From Plasmodiophora brassicae (lineage: Eukaryota): a stretch of 64,000 nt of DNA. How positions within the stretch are numbered: the first letter of the stretch is position 1; every line of letters starts with the position of its first letter. The notes under the pieces were generated by a model. The model saw only the letters and a program-made list of their open reading frames with translations, had not been told where the DNA came from and ran no database searches. This document shows positions 47,550-60,054 of the stretch, in pieces. The position numbers were made by a program, and so were the translations under genes. The DNA lies in contig CP145410.1 of the NCBI GenBank assembly GCA_036867785.1, positions 1,860,001 to 1,924,000 on the forward strand. Reading direction: 5' to 3'.

Positions 47550-49236
47550 ATGGCGGCGTCGACGCCAGTGACGACACTGCCGACCTACCAGGAGCATGTC
47601 GGCCATATTCTCTGTTGTACATGTGGCACCTCGATCCTGCCGAACGCGGCGAACATGTGCGGCGACTGTCTGCGCTCTCAAGTGGATCTGTCCGCCATGT
47701 TGAACAAGCAGACGACGGTCGTATTCTGCCGTGAGTGCCAGCGCTACCAGAAAGGGACCATGTGGGCTCCGATGGAACTCGAATCAGCCGACCTTCTATC
47801 GCTTTGTCTGAAACGCATCAAGGGTCTCGATAAGCTGAAACTTATCGATGCCGGCTTTGTCTGGACGGAACCACACTCGCGACGTCTCAAAGTCAAACTC
47901 ACCGTCCAGTCGTCTGTCCCGCAGCTCAACGACGTCATTGTCCAACAAACGCTCACTATCGAGGTTGTCGTAACCCTACAACAATGCGAGGATTGCCAGC
48001 GCTCGTACACCGAACACGTCTGGAAGGCATGCGTTCAGGTCCGCCAGAAAGCCGACCACAAACGAACCTTCCTGCTGCTCGAGCAACTAATTCTAAAGCA
48101 TGGCATGAACCAGGTAAGCTGCTTTGGATTCATGGTGCTGTACTTGGCATCAGGTGTTGTAAAACATATTTTGAATGTCTGGCCTTCAGATCATTCAGTA
48201 TGTGAAGTCGTCGCCTGGCGGGCTCGATCTATTCTTCTCGTCCCGACCGAAAGCCCTTACCATGCTGGATTTTGTTCAGTCAGTGGTGCCGGCGCGTTCA
48301 AAGCAGTCCAAACGCCTGATCTCGCAGGATTTCAAGAGCAACGTCGTCAACTACAAGTTTACAATGCTGGCCGAGATCGTCCCGATCTGCAAGCTGGACC
48401 TGGTCTGTCTGCCGCGACCCGTGGCAAACGCATGCGGGGGCATATCGCCGCTGCTCGTCTGCACGAAAGTCTCCACGACGCTCTCCTTCATCGATCCAGC
48501 GACCCTGCAAACCATGGACCTGTCGTCCAGCAAGTTCTTTGCGTCGCCGTTCCGCGCCATACGATCCGCCCAACAACTCGTCGAGTACACCGTCCTGGAC
48601 GTCGTACCGGTGAAGGTCGGGCCGAAGTTCACGCTCGCCGAGGTCACCTGCGCACGATCCGCCGACCTGGGCGTGAACGACACCGTCTTCGAGACGGTGA
48701 CGCACCTGGGCCACCTTCTGAAGCCTGGTGACCTGGCCGCTGGGTACGACCTGACGACAGCGGTCTTCAATGATGACGATGTGAAAGCGTTCGGCACGAA
48801 GGCGGCGTGGCCGGACGTGGTCCTCGTGAAGAAGACGTACGTGAGGAAGAACCGCGCCCGGCGTCGTAGGTTCAAGCTGGCACGTTTGGAGAAGAGCGCC
48901 CCGGTCGGTGACGATGTCGACAACGACGACGCCATGACGGATGCGGGTGGGCATCAGGGCGAAGGCGACGCTGAACGCGACGAGGAAATGTTCCTGCGCG
49001 ACCTCGAGGAAGATCTGGAGCTCCGATGCCGCGTCAACCTGTTCAAACGCGACGATGTCGACCCGACCGCCGCCGCCAGCAACACCGACTACGACGACGA
49101 CGATCCCGAATTCCCGGACGTCAGCCTCGATGAGTTATGCCACGACCTCGGCCAAATGTCCACCAACGCACCAGCGGTCCACGACGACGGCAGCGATGAC
49201 GACGACGCCGTTGGCGAGAAACGTCGCCAACGGTAG
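47550..49236 (+). CDS. NMD3: 60S ribosomal export protein NMD3, one intron ~48114-48189
   Basis: ILCCTCGTSILPNAANMCGDC; LIDAGFVWTEPHSRRLKVKLTVQ; EIVPICKLDLV; THLGHLLKPGD..GYDL; acidic tail with NES-like VSLDEL. Confidence 0.98.
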
Positions 49237-49478
49237 CTACCATTGGCGCGATCCCTATACTACACTCCACACTTCCATAGTCGCGTTCATGTTGGACGTG
49301 TCTGATGTGTCGCAAAGGAACGGTGTCGGGTACCCATCGACTGGAATGGAAGACATCCGCCCCACGAACGTGCGTGATGGAAACAGGCAGGCGATCATGT
49401 GCTGTCGTTGCTCCGGTATGGGACGAGCGCGATCGTCGCGCGTGCAGCGCCGGGGCCGCGCGCGCTCCACGTCGTTCC

Positions 49479-50101
49479 TATGGAATTGTTAAAAACAGCG
49501 AATGGCTGGTTGAGTGTAAAATACATGTATTTTACATGTAAAAAACATGTTTAAAACAGCAGGGGGCTGCGCCCCCTCACCATGGTCACGGTCCTGACAA
49601 CTGACCAGATTCGATGACCTCTTCGTCACCAACGGGGTACAACTGTGTGTCCGAAATCGCCTCGGGAAGTGTGCCTGGCTCGGCAATGCCAACGAACCCT
49701 GCGAACTCCAGTCGAGTTACGTCTTCGTCATCGGAATCATCGTCTGGCTCCTCGTTGAAGTCACGTCCTTCCGAACCAAGCGACCCGGTTCAAAGTGTTG
49801 GGGTCATTTCGCGTATCTTTGTACGGCGATTCATCTGGGCACTTGAATGCGATCCCATTTCCTTGCTCGACGTTGCATCCCGATAGTCGAGCGCGTAGCC
49901 GGGAGTGCACGCGGTTGTAGGACTTGTGATTCCGCTCGCCCCCGACGATGACGACGCGCACGCACAACGAAGGCTCTGAGACGGATCGGGATACCCTTAC
50001 GTTACCTGTATTTTACACTGTAAAGTTGGTTCCTGAGTAGTGTATTTTACATGTAAAAAACAGGCTTGTAAAAAACACCCCTTTATTACAACAATTCCAT
50101 A
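49479..50101 (-). mobile_element. Non-autonomous hAT element, 623 bp
   Basis: 12-bp TIR TATGGAATTGTT and 8-bp TSD GTCGTTCC (49471-49478, 50102-50109). TGTAAAA/TTTTACA subterminal repeats. Minus-strand ERNHKSYNRVHSRLRARL resembles the hAT dimerisation domain. Confidence 0.92.
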
Positions 50102-50292
50102 GTCGTTCCCTTCCCGGGCCGGGCCGGGCCACGGCAATTGTGCGACAAAAACAGACATGTGCGGCGACGGCGGCGGCGACGTCGACGAATTGCGGACCGT
50201 GCATCACTTTAGTGCGCGAACCGTGACGTGTCGGTCAGACCCGACTGTTATGCCGGTTTTGTCATTGGTCGGCGATTGAACGGCGCCTGGCC

Positions 50293-51537
50293 GTGTGGGA
50301 AGTTGTGCGCGCGCACGTGACGCCCCTCCCCGGTACGCGCGCCATGTCCGACCTGCAGGTCTTCGCCAAGGGCGCGCACCTGTCCGCCCGTACGTCCGGG
50401 CGCCTGGCGACGACCTGGCGTCGAGCTCGGCAGACCTGGCGATGGACGCTGTCGTCGTTGGCCGTGTCCGCATCGGACCCGTCGCCCGACCTGTTCGGGA
50501 CGGCGTCGACCGCCGCCCGACGTGACTACCGCCAAGGGCGCGCCCGCCTGGACCCGTCCGTCGCCATGCTGCACGACGCCATTGTCCACTTCACGAGAGC
50601 GCTCGACGCCGACCCCGGCTTCGCCCTGGCGCTGCTGGGACGCGCCGACGCCTACACGCAGATGCGGCTGTTCGTCGAGGCCCAGGTCGACTATACGCGC
50701 GTGCTGACGCTGCCGACCTGCTCATCCGACCTGCGTCTCCAGGCGCGCATCGGTCGAGCGCGCGCCTACGACGGCCAGGGTGCCCACGACCTCGCCATTC
50801 AAGACGTCACCGATGCCATCGGCGTTGCCGGTGCCGACCGTTCCGCTCTGCTGGTCTGCCGATCCGAGTTGTACCTCGGGTGCCATCGCCTGCAGGCGGC
50901 CCTGGACGACGCTCGGGCGGCGGTGGACGTCGGCCCGGTAACCGGGCGCGCCCTGGCACAGCTCGCCCGGGCGTACTCGGCGCTGGGTGCCCACGATCGT
51001 GCCTACCGGGAATGCACACGCGCCTGCGACATGTCGCCAGCGACCGGCGCGCCGGACGCCTTCATTGCTCGGGCCGCTGTCCTCCTGGCCGATGACAGGC
51101 CGACGGCCGCCGTCCTGGATGCCACCGAGGCCGTCCAACGGGCGCCGTCCTGCCCCGACGCGTACCTGCAACGTGCCGCCGTGTACAAGGCCCTGGAGCT
51201 GTGGGACGAGGCGATTGCCGACCTGACGACGGCCGCCAGGCTGGCACCGTATGACGGGGCCGTCCTCGACGATCGGGCAGCGTGCCTGGAGGCCATCGGC
51301 GAGCATGAACGCGCGATCCAGGACCGTGCCCAGGCCCTGCGCATCGCCGGCGATTGCGACCTGGCCGTCAAGGCGTTCGAGCGCGAGGCCATGGTCAATG
51401 CCAAGTCCAGGGTGGACAGGTGGTCGCGAACCAGACGCGCGCCCGCGGACGCCAAATGGAATACCGATGGCGACGACGACGACGACAGTACCGGGCAGGA
51501 AGTCGTCGACGGCGCAGACGGAAATGGGCATCAATGA
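50293..51537 (+). CDS. Tetratricopeptide-repeat protein (true start possibly ~50156)
   Basis: Repeated TPR motifs such as AIVHFTRALDADPGFALALLGRADAY and AYLQRAAVYKALELWDEAIADLTTAARLAP. Confidence 0.88.
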   Translation: MWEVVRAHVTPLPGTRAMSDLQVFAKGAHLSARTSGRLATTWRRARQTWRWTLSSLAVSASDPSPDLFGTASTAARRDYRQGRARLDPSVAMLHDAIVHFTRALDADPGFALALLGRADAYTQMRLFVEAQVDYTRVLTLPTCSSDLRLQARIGRARAYDGQGAHDLAIQDVTDAIGVAGADRSALLVCRSELYLGCHRLQAALDDARAAVDVGPVTGRALAQLARAYSALGAHDRAYRECTRACDMSPATGAPDAFIARAAVLLADDRPTAAVLDATEAVQRAPSCPDAYLQRAAVYKALELWDEAIADLTTAARLAPYDGAVLDDRAACLEAIGEHERAIQDRAQALRIAGDCDLAVKAFEREAMVNAKSRVDRWSRTRRAPADAKWNTDGDDDDDSTGQEVVDGADGNGHQ

Positions 51538-51579
51538 ATTGTACTACCTGTAGGTCGTCGGGACGTCCAAGGATCAGCC

Positions 51580-52251
51580 CTAGAAAGGCGGTTGTTGGGG
51601 TCCGCCGACGGTGCTGGCAGTCGGCGGCGAGCCCAGGAAGTCGCCGGAGAACTGGGAGAACATGGAGTCCTCGGGGGCGGACTCCTTCTCGAACTTGTCG
51701 AGGTCCTTGTCGAGCGGGTCCTGCATGTACTGCATGAGCAGATCGCTCTGGTGGAAGATGTCGATCTCGGGAAGGCCGCGCAGCTTGACGACGTTCAGCG
51801 GCACCTGCATCGTGATGCGCTGCTCGATGTTGGTCGAGTCGATCAGGGCGCCCAGCGACGACTTGACCGGCGACAGGATCTTTGCATTGCGCGCCAGGCG
51901 ATGCGCGTCGAGCTGAACGATGGCACGCACACGTTCAGGACGGCGGCGACATTCGCAGATGGCGCTCCGATATACCTGAGCCTTGGCCTTCTGCCATGTT
52001 TGGGCATACCTGCGTTCCGCCTCTGCCTGACGAACAGCGTTCTCGGCGGCTTCGCGTTCGCGCCGGGCGGCCCATTCGGCCTCGAGGCGTTTCAGGCGGG
52101 CCTCCCGAGCCGCCTTCTCCTCCGCGAGGACCTGTGCGCGCGCCGCCTTCCGGGCATCATCGGCCACCTTCCATTCCGCATAGTACAGCTTCCGGGCCGC
52201 CTTGATGGCGTCCTTCACCTGTCGTCGTGCGTGATTCGACGCGACCGGCAT
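51580..52251 (-). CDS. Hypothetical coiled-coil protein; start uncertain
   Basis: E/R/A-rich helix followed by a GC3-biased exon; probable intron ~51916-51975. Confidence 0.55.
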   Translation of the reverse strand: MPVASNHARRQVKDAIKAARKLYYAEWKVADDARKAARAQVLAEEKAAREARLKRLEAEWAARREREAAENAVRQAEAERRYAQTWQKAKAQVYRSAICECRRRPERVRAIVQLDAHRLARNAKILSPVKSSLGALIDSTNIEQRITMQVPLNVVKLRGLPEIDIFHQSDLLMQYMQDPLDKDLDKFEKESAPEDSMFSQFSGDFLGSPPTASTVGGPQQPPF

Positions 52252-52654
52252 GGGTGGACGGGGGAACGGCGCGCACCACAACGCGTCGCCACAAACAGGG
52301 TCGCCGCTCGCAATGCGCGCGGGCCCACAACGTATCTGTACACTGGCGGGGACAGGTCGCCAACTGGGCATTGGCGCGCTTCATGGCCTGACCCGATCTT
52401 CGGCATGACGTGTCGACCTTCCTGCAGTCAACTGCGCAGACGTCGCTGGACACCTCGCTCGGACGGGTCCGAAGGTGCTTGCTGTATATCGAGCATAACG
52501 TGAGTGCGCTGGTACCAGCACGGTGGTCTCGTAATGATTTCGTTTGACGACTGGAGTACCCGTTACAGGGTCGCCTGCATTGTCGGGTGCGCCAACCCAA
52601 TCGCCAGCGGTCCCGAATATGGATGGCGGACGTCGGTGACGGGACTAAGGGTTC

Positions 52655-53640
52655 ATGCCGAGGCAGCACGGTCTGGATGGGGCTCCCGACGCTCTGCAGA
52701 TCTTGTCCTATGCCGTCTTCGCGGTGCTCGTCCTATCGTTCGCTCTGCTGATCGGCCCTGCACTACCGGCGGCGGCCATGCCAGGCGTTGCCGGCGCTTA
52801 CGTTGTCGTGACGGCCTGCCTCGTGCTTTCGGCAGCAATGGCGACACGGATATCAACGACGGACCCAAGCGTTGTCAACAGGAGCGTTCCCAGGCATGCG
52901 ATGACGACAACAATGATTCAGGAGCGGCAGCGCGCCAGCCAAGACGCACCTGATTGTCGGTGGTGCCCCTACTGTGTCTGGCCAGTACACATATCCAGCA
53001 AGCACTGCAGATCGTGCGACAAATGCACGTAGGTAACCGTATCACATCTCTATGAGCAGCTCATAAATAACAGGTGGCTGTTCGGCAGATTGCAGTTTGA
53101 CCACCACTGTCGATGGATCAACAATGACGTCGGGGGTCCCAATTATCAGGCCTTCATAGCGCAATTGGTATCAGCAGCTGCTCAGACTGCCTTGCACTCT
53201 ACACTTGGAGTATACGTTCTAGCAAGCGGGCCTTCACCGTCATCGCATGCGACACAGCCGGTTCTCATTCCTATTCTCACTGGGGCCTCGACGGCCATTG
53301 CAGCTATAGTCCTAATTCTGATTCTGCATCTGATCGCACTTCACATCTTTCTAGCACGTCTTCGAATGACGACAGTGAGTCGCGTCCAATCGCATATATT
53401 TCGTGCCGACTAAGCACGTGCATAGTACGAGTACATTGTCCAGAGGCGGTCGTACTCATCAGGCAACGCCCATCAGCACGAATCATTATTGTGCCCGTGC
53501 AGAGTGGCCACTCGCGTGTACAATCATCCAGAACCCCCAGCGCAATCCCAAGCACAGACCGCTCCAGAGCCGTATCAGACCGGCAACGGCGATGCTGAAA
53601 GTGTCGGCCCTTAAAAATACCTACACTGAATGGATATTAA
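52655..53640 (+). CDS. DHHC palmitoyltransferase (ZDHHC1/11-like); 3' end uncertain
   Basis: MPRQHG..LQILSY; CPYC..SKHCRSCDKC..FDHHCRWINNDVGGPNY; four TM segments; MTT motif. Confidence 0.92.
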
Positions 53641-53770
53641 TCCCGCATGGAGGTTGCCATCGCCATCGCACATGACGTCGATGTTGTGCTTCGGCGGCAA
53701 CTCCAATGGGCCACTGTGGTCACCCGGTCAACAGACGTTAGCAGTCATCTGTATGTAACTCGAGGACCGG

Positions 53771-55653
53771 ATGAGGTCGGGAGTCGGGATGCGCAACGTG
53801 CGCGCGCCGGTGGAGGCGCGTGGCGGACCCCGCAGCGCCAGTCGCAGCTGCACTCAAGCGAGCACACGGCCCGTCGCACTATCGCTGCAGTCAGGCATGG
53901 CTCCACCGGTGCAGGCGCAATGGGCCGTCCTCAATACGCTTCGCACCTGCACGACGGCCAAACACGTCCGCGATCTGATTCACAAGGTGCACTCCAGCGG
54001 CCAGGCCACCGACCTGTCTGCCGAGACGCTTGCCACGACATGTAATTGGCGCTGGTCGCCTGGCTGGTTTTCGTATATTTTAACCGACCGCAAACAGGTC
54101 AGACGCTGTGCAGGCTATCGTCTCGGGAGCGCGTCCCGTATCGAATGTGTTCCGCAACGACGATACTTGTCGAATGGGTGCGGGAAAGACTCGCCGCCAA
54201 CCGATGCACGCCCGTCGTCGCTGCAAAGCTGCTGCAAGCGTCGCAAATCCTGCTTCGAGACGAGCGCCCGGGCACAGCGGTCGCGCTGATCGACCTGTTC
54301 AAACAAGGCATCGATTCGATGGACCCGGGACCCTTCATCGGAGGGGTGATCGCCATCAGCAACATGAAGGCGCCGCTTCGGGCTGATGAGTCGCTCTGGA
54401 GCGCTGTCGTTCGACGTGGCGAGCCGATGCTGTCCGACGTGAGTGCATCCGAACTGGCAAAGTTCGTTGGCGCCATTGTTCGCGTCGGGCTGGTCCAGGA
54501 ACCGGTTATTCCGCTGTTCAAGAAGGCCAGCGAGAAGATTACCGAGCTTGGCGTCGATGGAATGGCGACCGGTCGCCTGGCCGAGCTCGTGTGGGCCTTA
54601 TCGAGGACCGGCACGCTGCCGTACGAGTTCGCCAGGACAGTTGTCGCCGATCGTGTCATCTCGGAGATGTCGTTCCTGACGCCGCAGCTGATGTCCCAGT
54701 TCGTGTGCTCCATGGCGCACAGTGCCGTGTGCCCTCGTCGGCTCTACGACGCCCTGGAGAATCGCCTCCAGGCACAACTGGCGCCCGAATCACCTGAACC
54801 GAGCTCCTATTCGACACAGTCGCTGGCCAACATGGCGTGGTCGATGGCGGTGGCCCGCCGACCGGCCCTGATGCCCAATCTGTGGCGTGTCCTGCAGGAA
54901 AGGTCGGATATCACAATCGGTGAACTGTGTCAGACGTTCCAGTCGATGACCTATGCGAACCTGTGCGCCGAGCCGGGTGCCATCGCACTGCCGCCCGATC
55001 AGGACCCTGACCTAGTCGACCTGCGGTATCGATGCCGAGAGGCGTTCTTCGACGACCAGCCCCTGCAGGCCACGTCTGATATCCACTTATCTGTTGTCAA
55101 GGCCGCGTTCGAGACGTGGCCAGGCGCCGTTCAAGTTGAGGAGCAATGTTCCAAGACCGGGTACTGGTTGGACTTTGCCCTGCCGAAGAAGCGAATGGCC
55201 TGGGAGGTGAATGGGCCTCATCACTACTGCCGGTTGTCGATGCGGATGCGTGGCGCGTCCCTGTTGAAGAAGAGCATTGTGGTGGCGGCTGGCTGGGACT
55301 TCCGATCGATTCCGTACTACGACTGGACGTTCGGTAAAGCCAACATGGAAGGCAAGGTCAACTACCTGAAAATGAGCGCCATGCCGACGGGGAAAGATGT
55401 GGGCGCACGACGCACGCGTCGGACAACATCGGTCAACAAGGACTTTGTCGAGAACGTGTCTCCAGAAGAGGGCGCCGAGCTAGGCGCGCATGGGCATCCT
55501 GACACGTTTGCTGACGACGACGACGTGAGTGCAACACATAATTCGACGCCTTCGAATGCGTGTACGGCAACGTCGCCGGTCAGCGAAATTACGGGCGATG
55601 ACGATCCGCCTGCATCAGAGGTTCGGGACAGCGAATGCAGAGTTCCATGCTAG
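53771..55653 (+). CDS. RAP-domain helical-repeat RNA-binding protein (FASTK/OPR-like)
   Basis: QSLANMAWSMA repeats; GYWLDFAL..AWEVNGPHHY..LLKKSIVVAAGW..IPYYDW. Confidence 0.88.
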
Positions 55654-56793
55654 TTAGTTGTCTATGGTACACATGCGGACGTTGCAAACCTGCGACCCAC
55701 ACGAAACATCCAGGAGCAGGCACCGATCCAGAATGTGTTCCCATTCGCACCAGGACAACAGGCGCGGCAGTGTCAAATCACCCACGCGGATCATAGTTCC
55801 ATTATCTTGCGGTCATACTCGTGGTCGCTTCGTACCAGGCGTCTTTGGCAGGTGGCGCGCTCGCACGATCGACATGCGTCGGCTTAGGCGTGATCGGTGG
55901 GTAGGACGGTGGCACGACGTCGGTAGAGACCACGTGCGGTGTTGCCACCATGGCTCTACCCGGGTGCATGTCGCCGCCGGTTGCCGTACGGGTGCGGCTC
56001 GGTGGAAAGGTTACAGGGGCATGGTCGTGGCCCCGCCCTGGTAAGCATCCCACACAGAATGCCAAACCTAAGGGCGCGGCCGACCTACCGATCAACTGAT
56101 CAGCAGTGGGTGAACGCGACGGTCACGGTCATCGAGAACACCAAAGCTGGTTGCTTGTATGTCGAATCGATCGCCATCTCTGTACAAGGGCTACCGTCGT
56201 TTGGCGGCTGTGCCCCTCTGGACAACGACCTGCGGTCAAGCGACGTCCCGGACAACCAGGACGCACGTGCCGCACCGTTACTGGGCGAGCATGCGATCGG
56301 GAAGCCGCGGATCAACTGTTTATCAATGGCGCCGCATACGGCCAGCAGAAGGAGGACGGCAGCAACGGCAACCTGAACAGTCCCGAACCAGACGCCGACG
56401 ACGACCACGGCCGAAAGGTGGGCGCCAGCGACCTGGTCAGCGAGGCGGTCGCCGGAAAACGTCGGCACCCTGGACCTGCGCGACGACGTCCACTAACAAC
56501 TTTGCGAAGACGCTCGCTGTGGACACAACCGTCAGATGCGTAATTATAACGGCGAATGCAGGGTTCGCGGTCGACAAGGTCGTCAGAGAGCTGGTAGCAC
56601 TGATGGACGCGGCGCGCGACATGCTCGTCGCCCCTACAACGCCCGAGCGTACGCGATGGTCCATCCTGCACCTGCCGCTTAAGCCATCGTTTGAAGTCGA
56701 CCCAGTTTACGCGCCTGACGCTCGGTCCACAAATTTATTGAATACAAGCGGAGCGATGGTGCGACACTCGTCATCAGGAAGGGAGGGGATCTC

Positions 56794-58284
56794 TCAGCGC
56801 GAGACTGCGGGCACTGTGCCGGATTTCACGGAGATGGTGGACTGGACGCCGGCATTGTTGTAGTCGAGAGGTCGTGCCGCCCCGCAGATGGCGAACATGC
56901 GTTTCGCACGTGCGGCGGCCATTTGCGCCAGATCGTCAATTCGCGTCGGTTTGGGTTTGAAAGCCCAGACGTGCAGCAATCCAGCAACCGTGAACGCGTG
57001 CTGGATCAACCAGAACAAGAACAGGCAGGCAGGCCAGCTGACCGTGTTGAACAGTGCAAATCCGACCAGCGACAGAGACGTGCATGCTCCCGCCCATCCA
57101 CTCAGGCGGACTCGACGAGCAAACGTTTGACGACGGGCCCTCTGAACAGTGTAAGGTTAATCGGCGTAGGTCTGGACTGCACAGACGCCGGCCTGCAGAC
57201 AGACCTCGGCTGTGCTGAGCGATAGCGATGCTGACGAGCTGAGGTGGTGGGACACCTTGCTGCCAGTAACAATGAAGAATACGGAAGCGGCCGTCTCGGA
57301 CAGCAGGTACAGGACAGAGATCGCTGTTGCGTCGAGGTATTCGAGGTCGAGCGCGGCGGCCATGACTTCGTCGACCTGATCGGCACATACCAGTGCGAAC
57401 ACGAGGCATGTCCAGACCCTGACAAGGAATGTTCGGACGCGGCTCGGAGTGTGCGCCGCGTCCAGCGCGCCATTCAATGCGCTGGTGACCACACCGATCG
57501 AAGCGACGTTAAACGACATCGACGCGACCGCGACGTACCTGGCGAACGCGTACGAGAACACGCGATAGTGGAAGACGCTTGAGAAGAGGGCGTATATGGC
57601 ACGGCATGTGCTGGCGAGTGCTTCCAGAACAAACACCAGCAACGTTCCGATAGGCACAGGTCGCGCCTTACCTTTGCTATCCACCGCCTGGCGCAGGCAC
57701 TGTAAGATGCACGACAAAACGGTTACGAGCGGCAGAAGGAACCCAAGGAAGGTCCACCACCAAAAGAACGGCACATTCTCGTCCAGCCAGACGACGTCGT
57801 TGAAATCCCCAGAACGGATCCGTAAGAAGCTTGCTGATGGGGACGTGGCGGCCGTTAAGAACGCCGGTGTGTTTGTTACAGAAATGATGACGATTGGAAG
57901 GTTGGTGAACGGCCCCGATCCGCCCGTGCTAAACGCAGTGGCAGCGAACACTGACATCTTGCTGGCGTCAGCGTTGATGATCTGGATGCCGGCACACTGC
58001 ATCGATGCGCAGGCGCGAGCCCACTTGTCCGCATTCGTACCGATCCGATAGTCGACGATGATAATGCGCGAACGGGCATTCCCTTGGTCAAGATGATATC
58101 CGCGTTGCAGGTCAACCGGAACGATGTAGAACTGGGCGACAACGTCGAACGATACGTTGGCGCGCACGTAGTGTGGCGATGAGAACTCGTCCCCGATCTG
58201 CGTCCGATTCGCCGACAGCACAATCACCGCCTGGGATGTGTAGACACACAGCGACGCCGCCAACACTACCCATAGTGCTAGCAT
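56794..58284 (-). CDS. Signal peptide, PA-like ectodomain and ~7 TM helices (GPCR-like); paralogue of 19247-20857
   Basis: MLALWVVLAASLC signal; RSRIIIVD..KWARACASMQCAGI..GPFTNLPIVII; LHVWAFKPKP. Confidence 0.7.
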
Positions 58285-60054
58285 CGTCCGGGGCCCGCTT
58301 CCTCCTCAACGCCTATGCAGGACTGAAAAAACCCAATATGGCCACTCTGCAGAGACAACCTAATTAATGCCGACGTAGACCTGGCCGATCGCTTCCGCGT
58401 ACCTGTTGCTTGGTACATTAGTGATTCCACATCGCGAGGCTCGTGCTGATCTTGATGCGGAAGGTGCACATGAAAGTCGTTCGCCATTACAAAGGGAGGC
58501 AACACTCCGATCTCTCGTCGCCCTCCACGGAATAACAAGTCGATTTCTCGATGATGCAGATGGCATTTGATGCCAATTCGAACGTTGATGCTGTCCAATT
58601 CGACGTACGCGATGATGCGCCGCCGCCGTCAGGCAACGCCCAGTGGCGTAAGGCCGCGATGGCGACCCTCTCCCCTAATCGCGGTCCTGTATAGCCGTCC
58701 GCCCCGGTCCTCGAACCGCCGTGGTGCAGCGTCGTCGGATACGAACACAACGACCCCTGTGACGGTATCCGCCGATCCGATGCAGCACGGCCGATATATC
58801 GTCTGGCACATGTCCCTGATACACAGCAGCATGTTACTCGTCCAGGGACGGCGGATATTTCGATCGCAGATACGCCCTAACCAACCAGCGGCGTCGGTGC
58901 TCGCCCATCGTCGTGCGGGCCGACACCGTCTTACATATGCCGTTGATTCCGTGTATTAGGGGTATGTTCATTACGAGAATGAACAACGCTAGGCGGCGCC
59001 CGACGTGGCTGGTGCGACGCTAGTGGCATGGCCGCAGGTTGTGCACGTGTCGACGTCAGTTTCGAACCAGTCGTCGTGTTCAAACGGCGCTGCCTCCCAT
59101 CACTCCCCAAACGCGCGCCTATACAGGGCGGCGTCAGAAATCTCGGCCCTTCATGCGCGACCTTCTCGCCGAATCCGAGTTCCTTGCAAGACTGAACAAC
59201 CCGGACGCTACCGAGCTTGCCAGGATCCAATCTCTGGGTAGGGTCATCCCTGTACTCGCCAGCAGAGATGAAGTCGTGACACCCATCCTCAGTGAGCACA
59301 TGTCGTTCCATCTCAATGACAACCTGATCGTGTTGGTGGGGTACGCCACGCGCAGAGTCACCTTGCGACTGTTCCTCGTCGAACACCCGACACTTCATGG
59401 CACCGACCACGTCATCTAGGACCCACGTAGCGCATGGGAGACGGATATCATTGTGCACCTAGATGATCCGCTGCGCTGATGCGGTATCATGCGACCATGT
59501 GAGACGGATTGACCACGGAGTGGAAGTCAAAAGGTGTTCCTTAAGCAGCGGTAGCGCATGCACGTATCGGTTGATCATTGGAGTAAATTTCGAAAACCTT
59601 GCAAGTCGTCCCGTACCCGTGTGTGCCGAAGCTGAACATCACATCTATTCGAGGTCGGTTGATCAGTGTTTTCAACAGTCAGTCGCGACCGGTCGCGACT
59701 GACAAAACCGGCCGCGACTGTTCGTCGTCTGCACCCACTGGCCACTTGCTATAATAGCGACTCGGATCAGGGGAGCCAAACGGGGGCCAGGCGACAGCGC
59801 CAACTTTGAGTTAGGTATTCAGGAGACCGCGGTAAAACAGGTTCAATACGGGTTAGCATTGCAAGTGCAAACACTGTGAGCTGCGATTCTGTTGGTAGAA
59901 AACAATTGCAAGTTTCTGTTATACACGGCGTGAACGTGCACGACGCCCTCGCTTGACAGGCGAGACGGCCGGGTGCAATGATCACAGACCGGTGCACACG
60001 GCATGTTGGATGATAGATCACCTACGACAGCAGAGATTCGTTTATTGTTATTTG

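Noticed and set aside
55660-56790. Possible small membrane or secreted gene on the minus strand
   Set aside because: Could not build a consistent exon chain.
58360-59460. Fragmentary ORFs
   Set aside because: No domain recognised and strand ambiguous.
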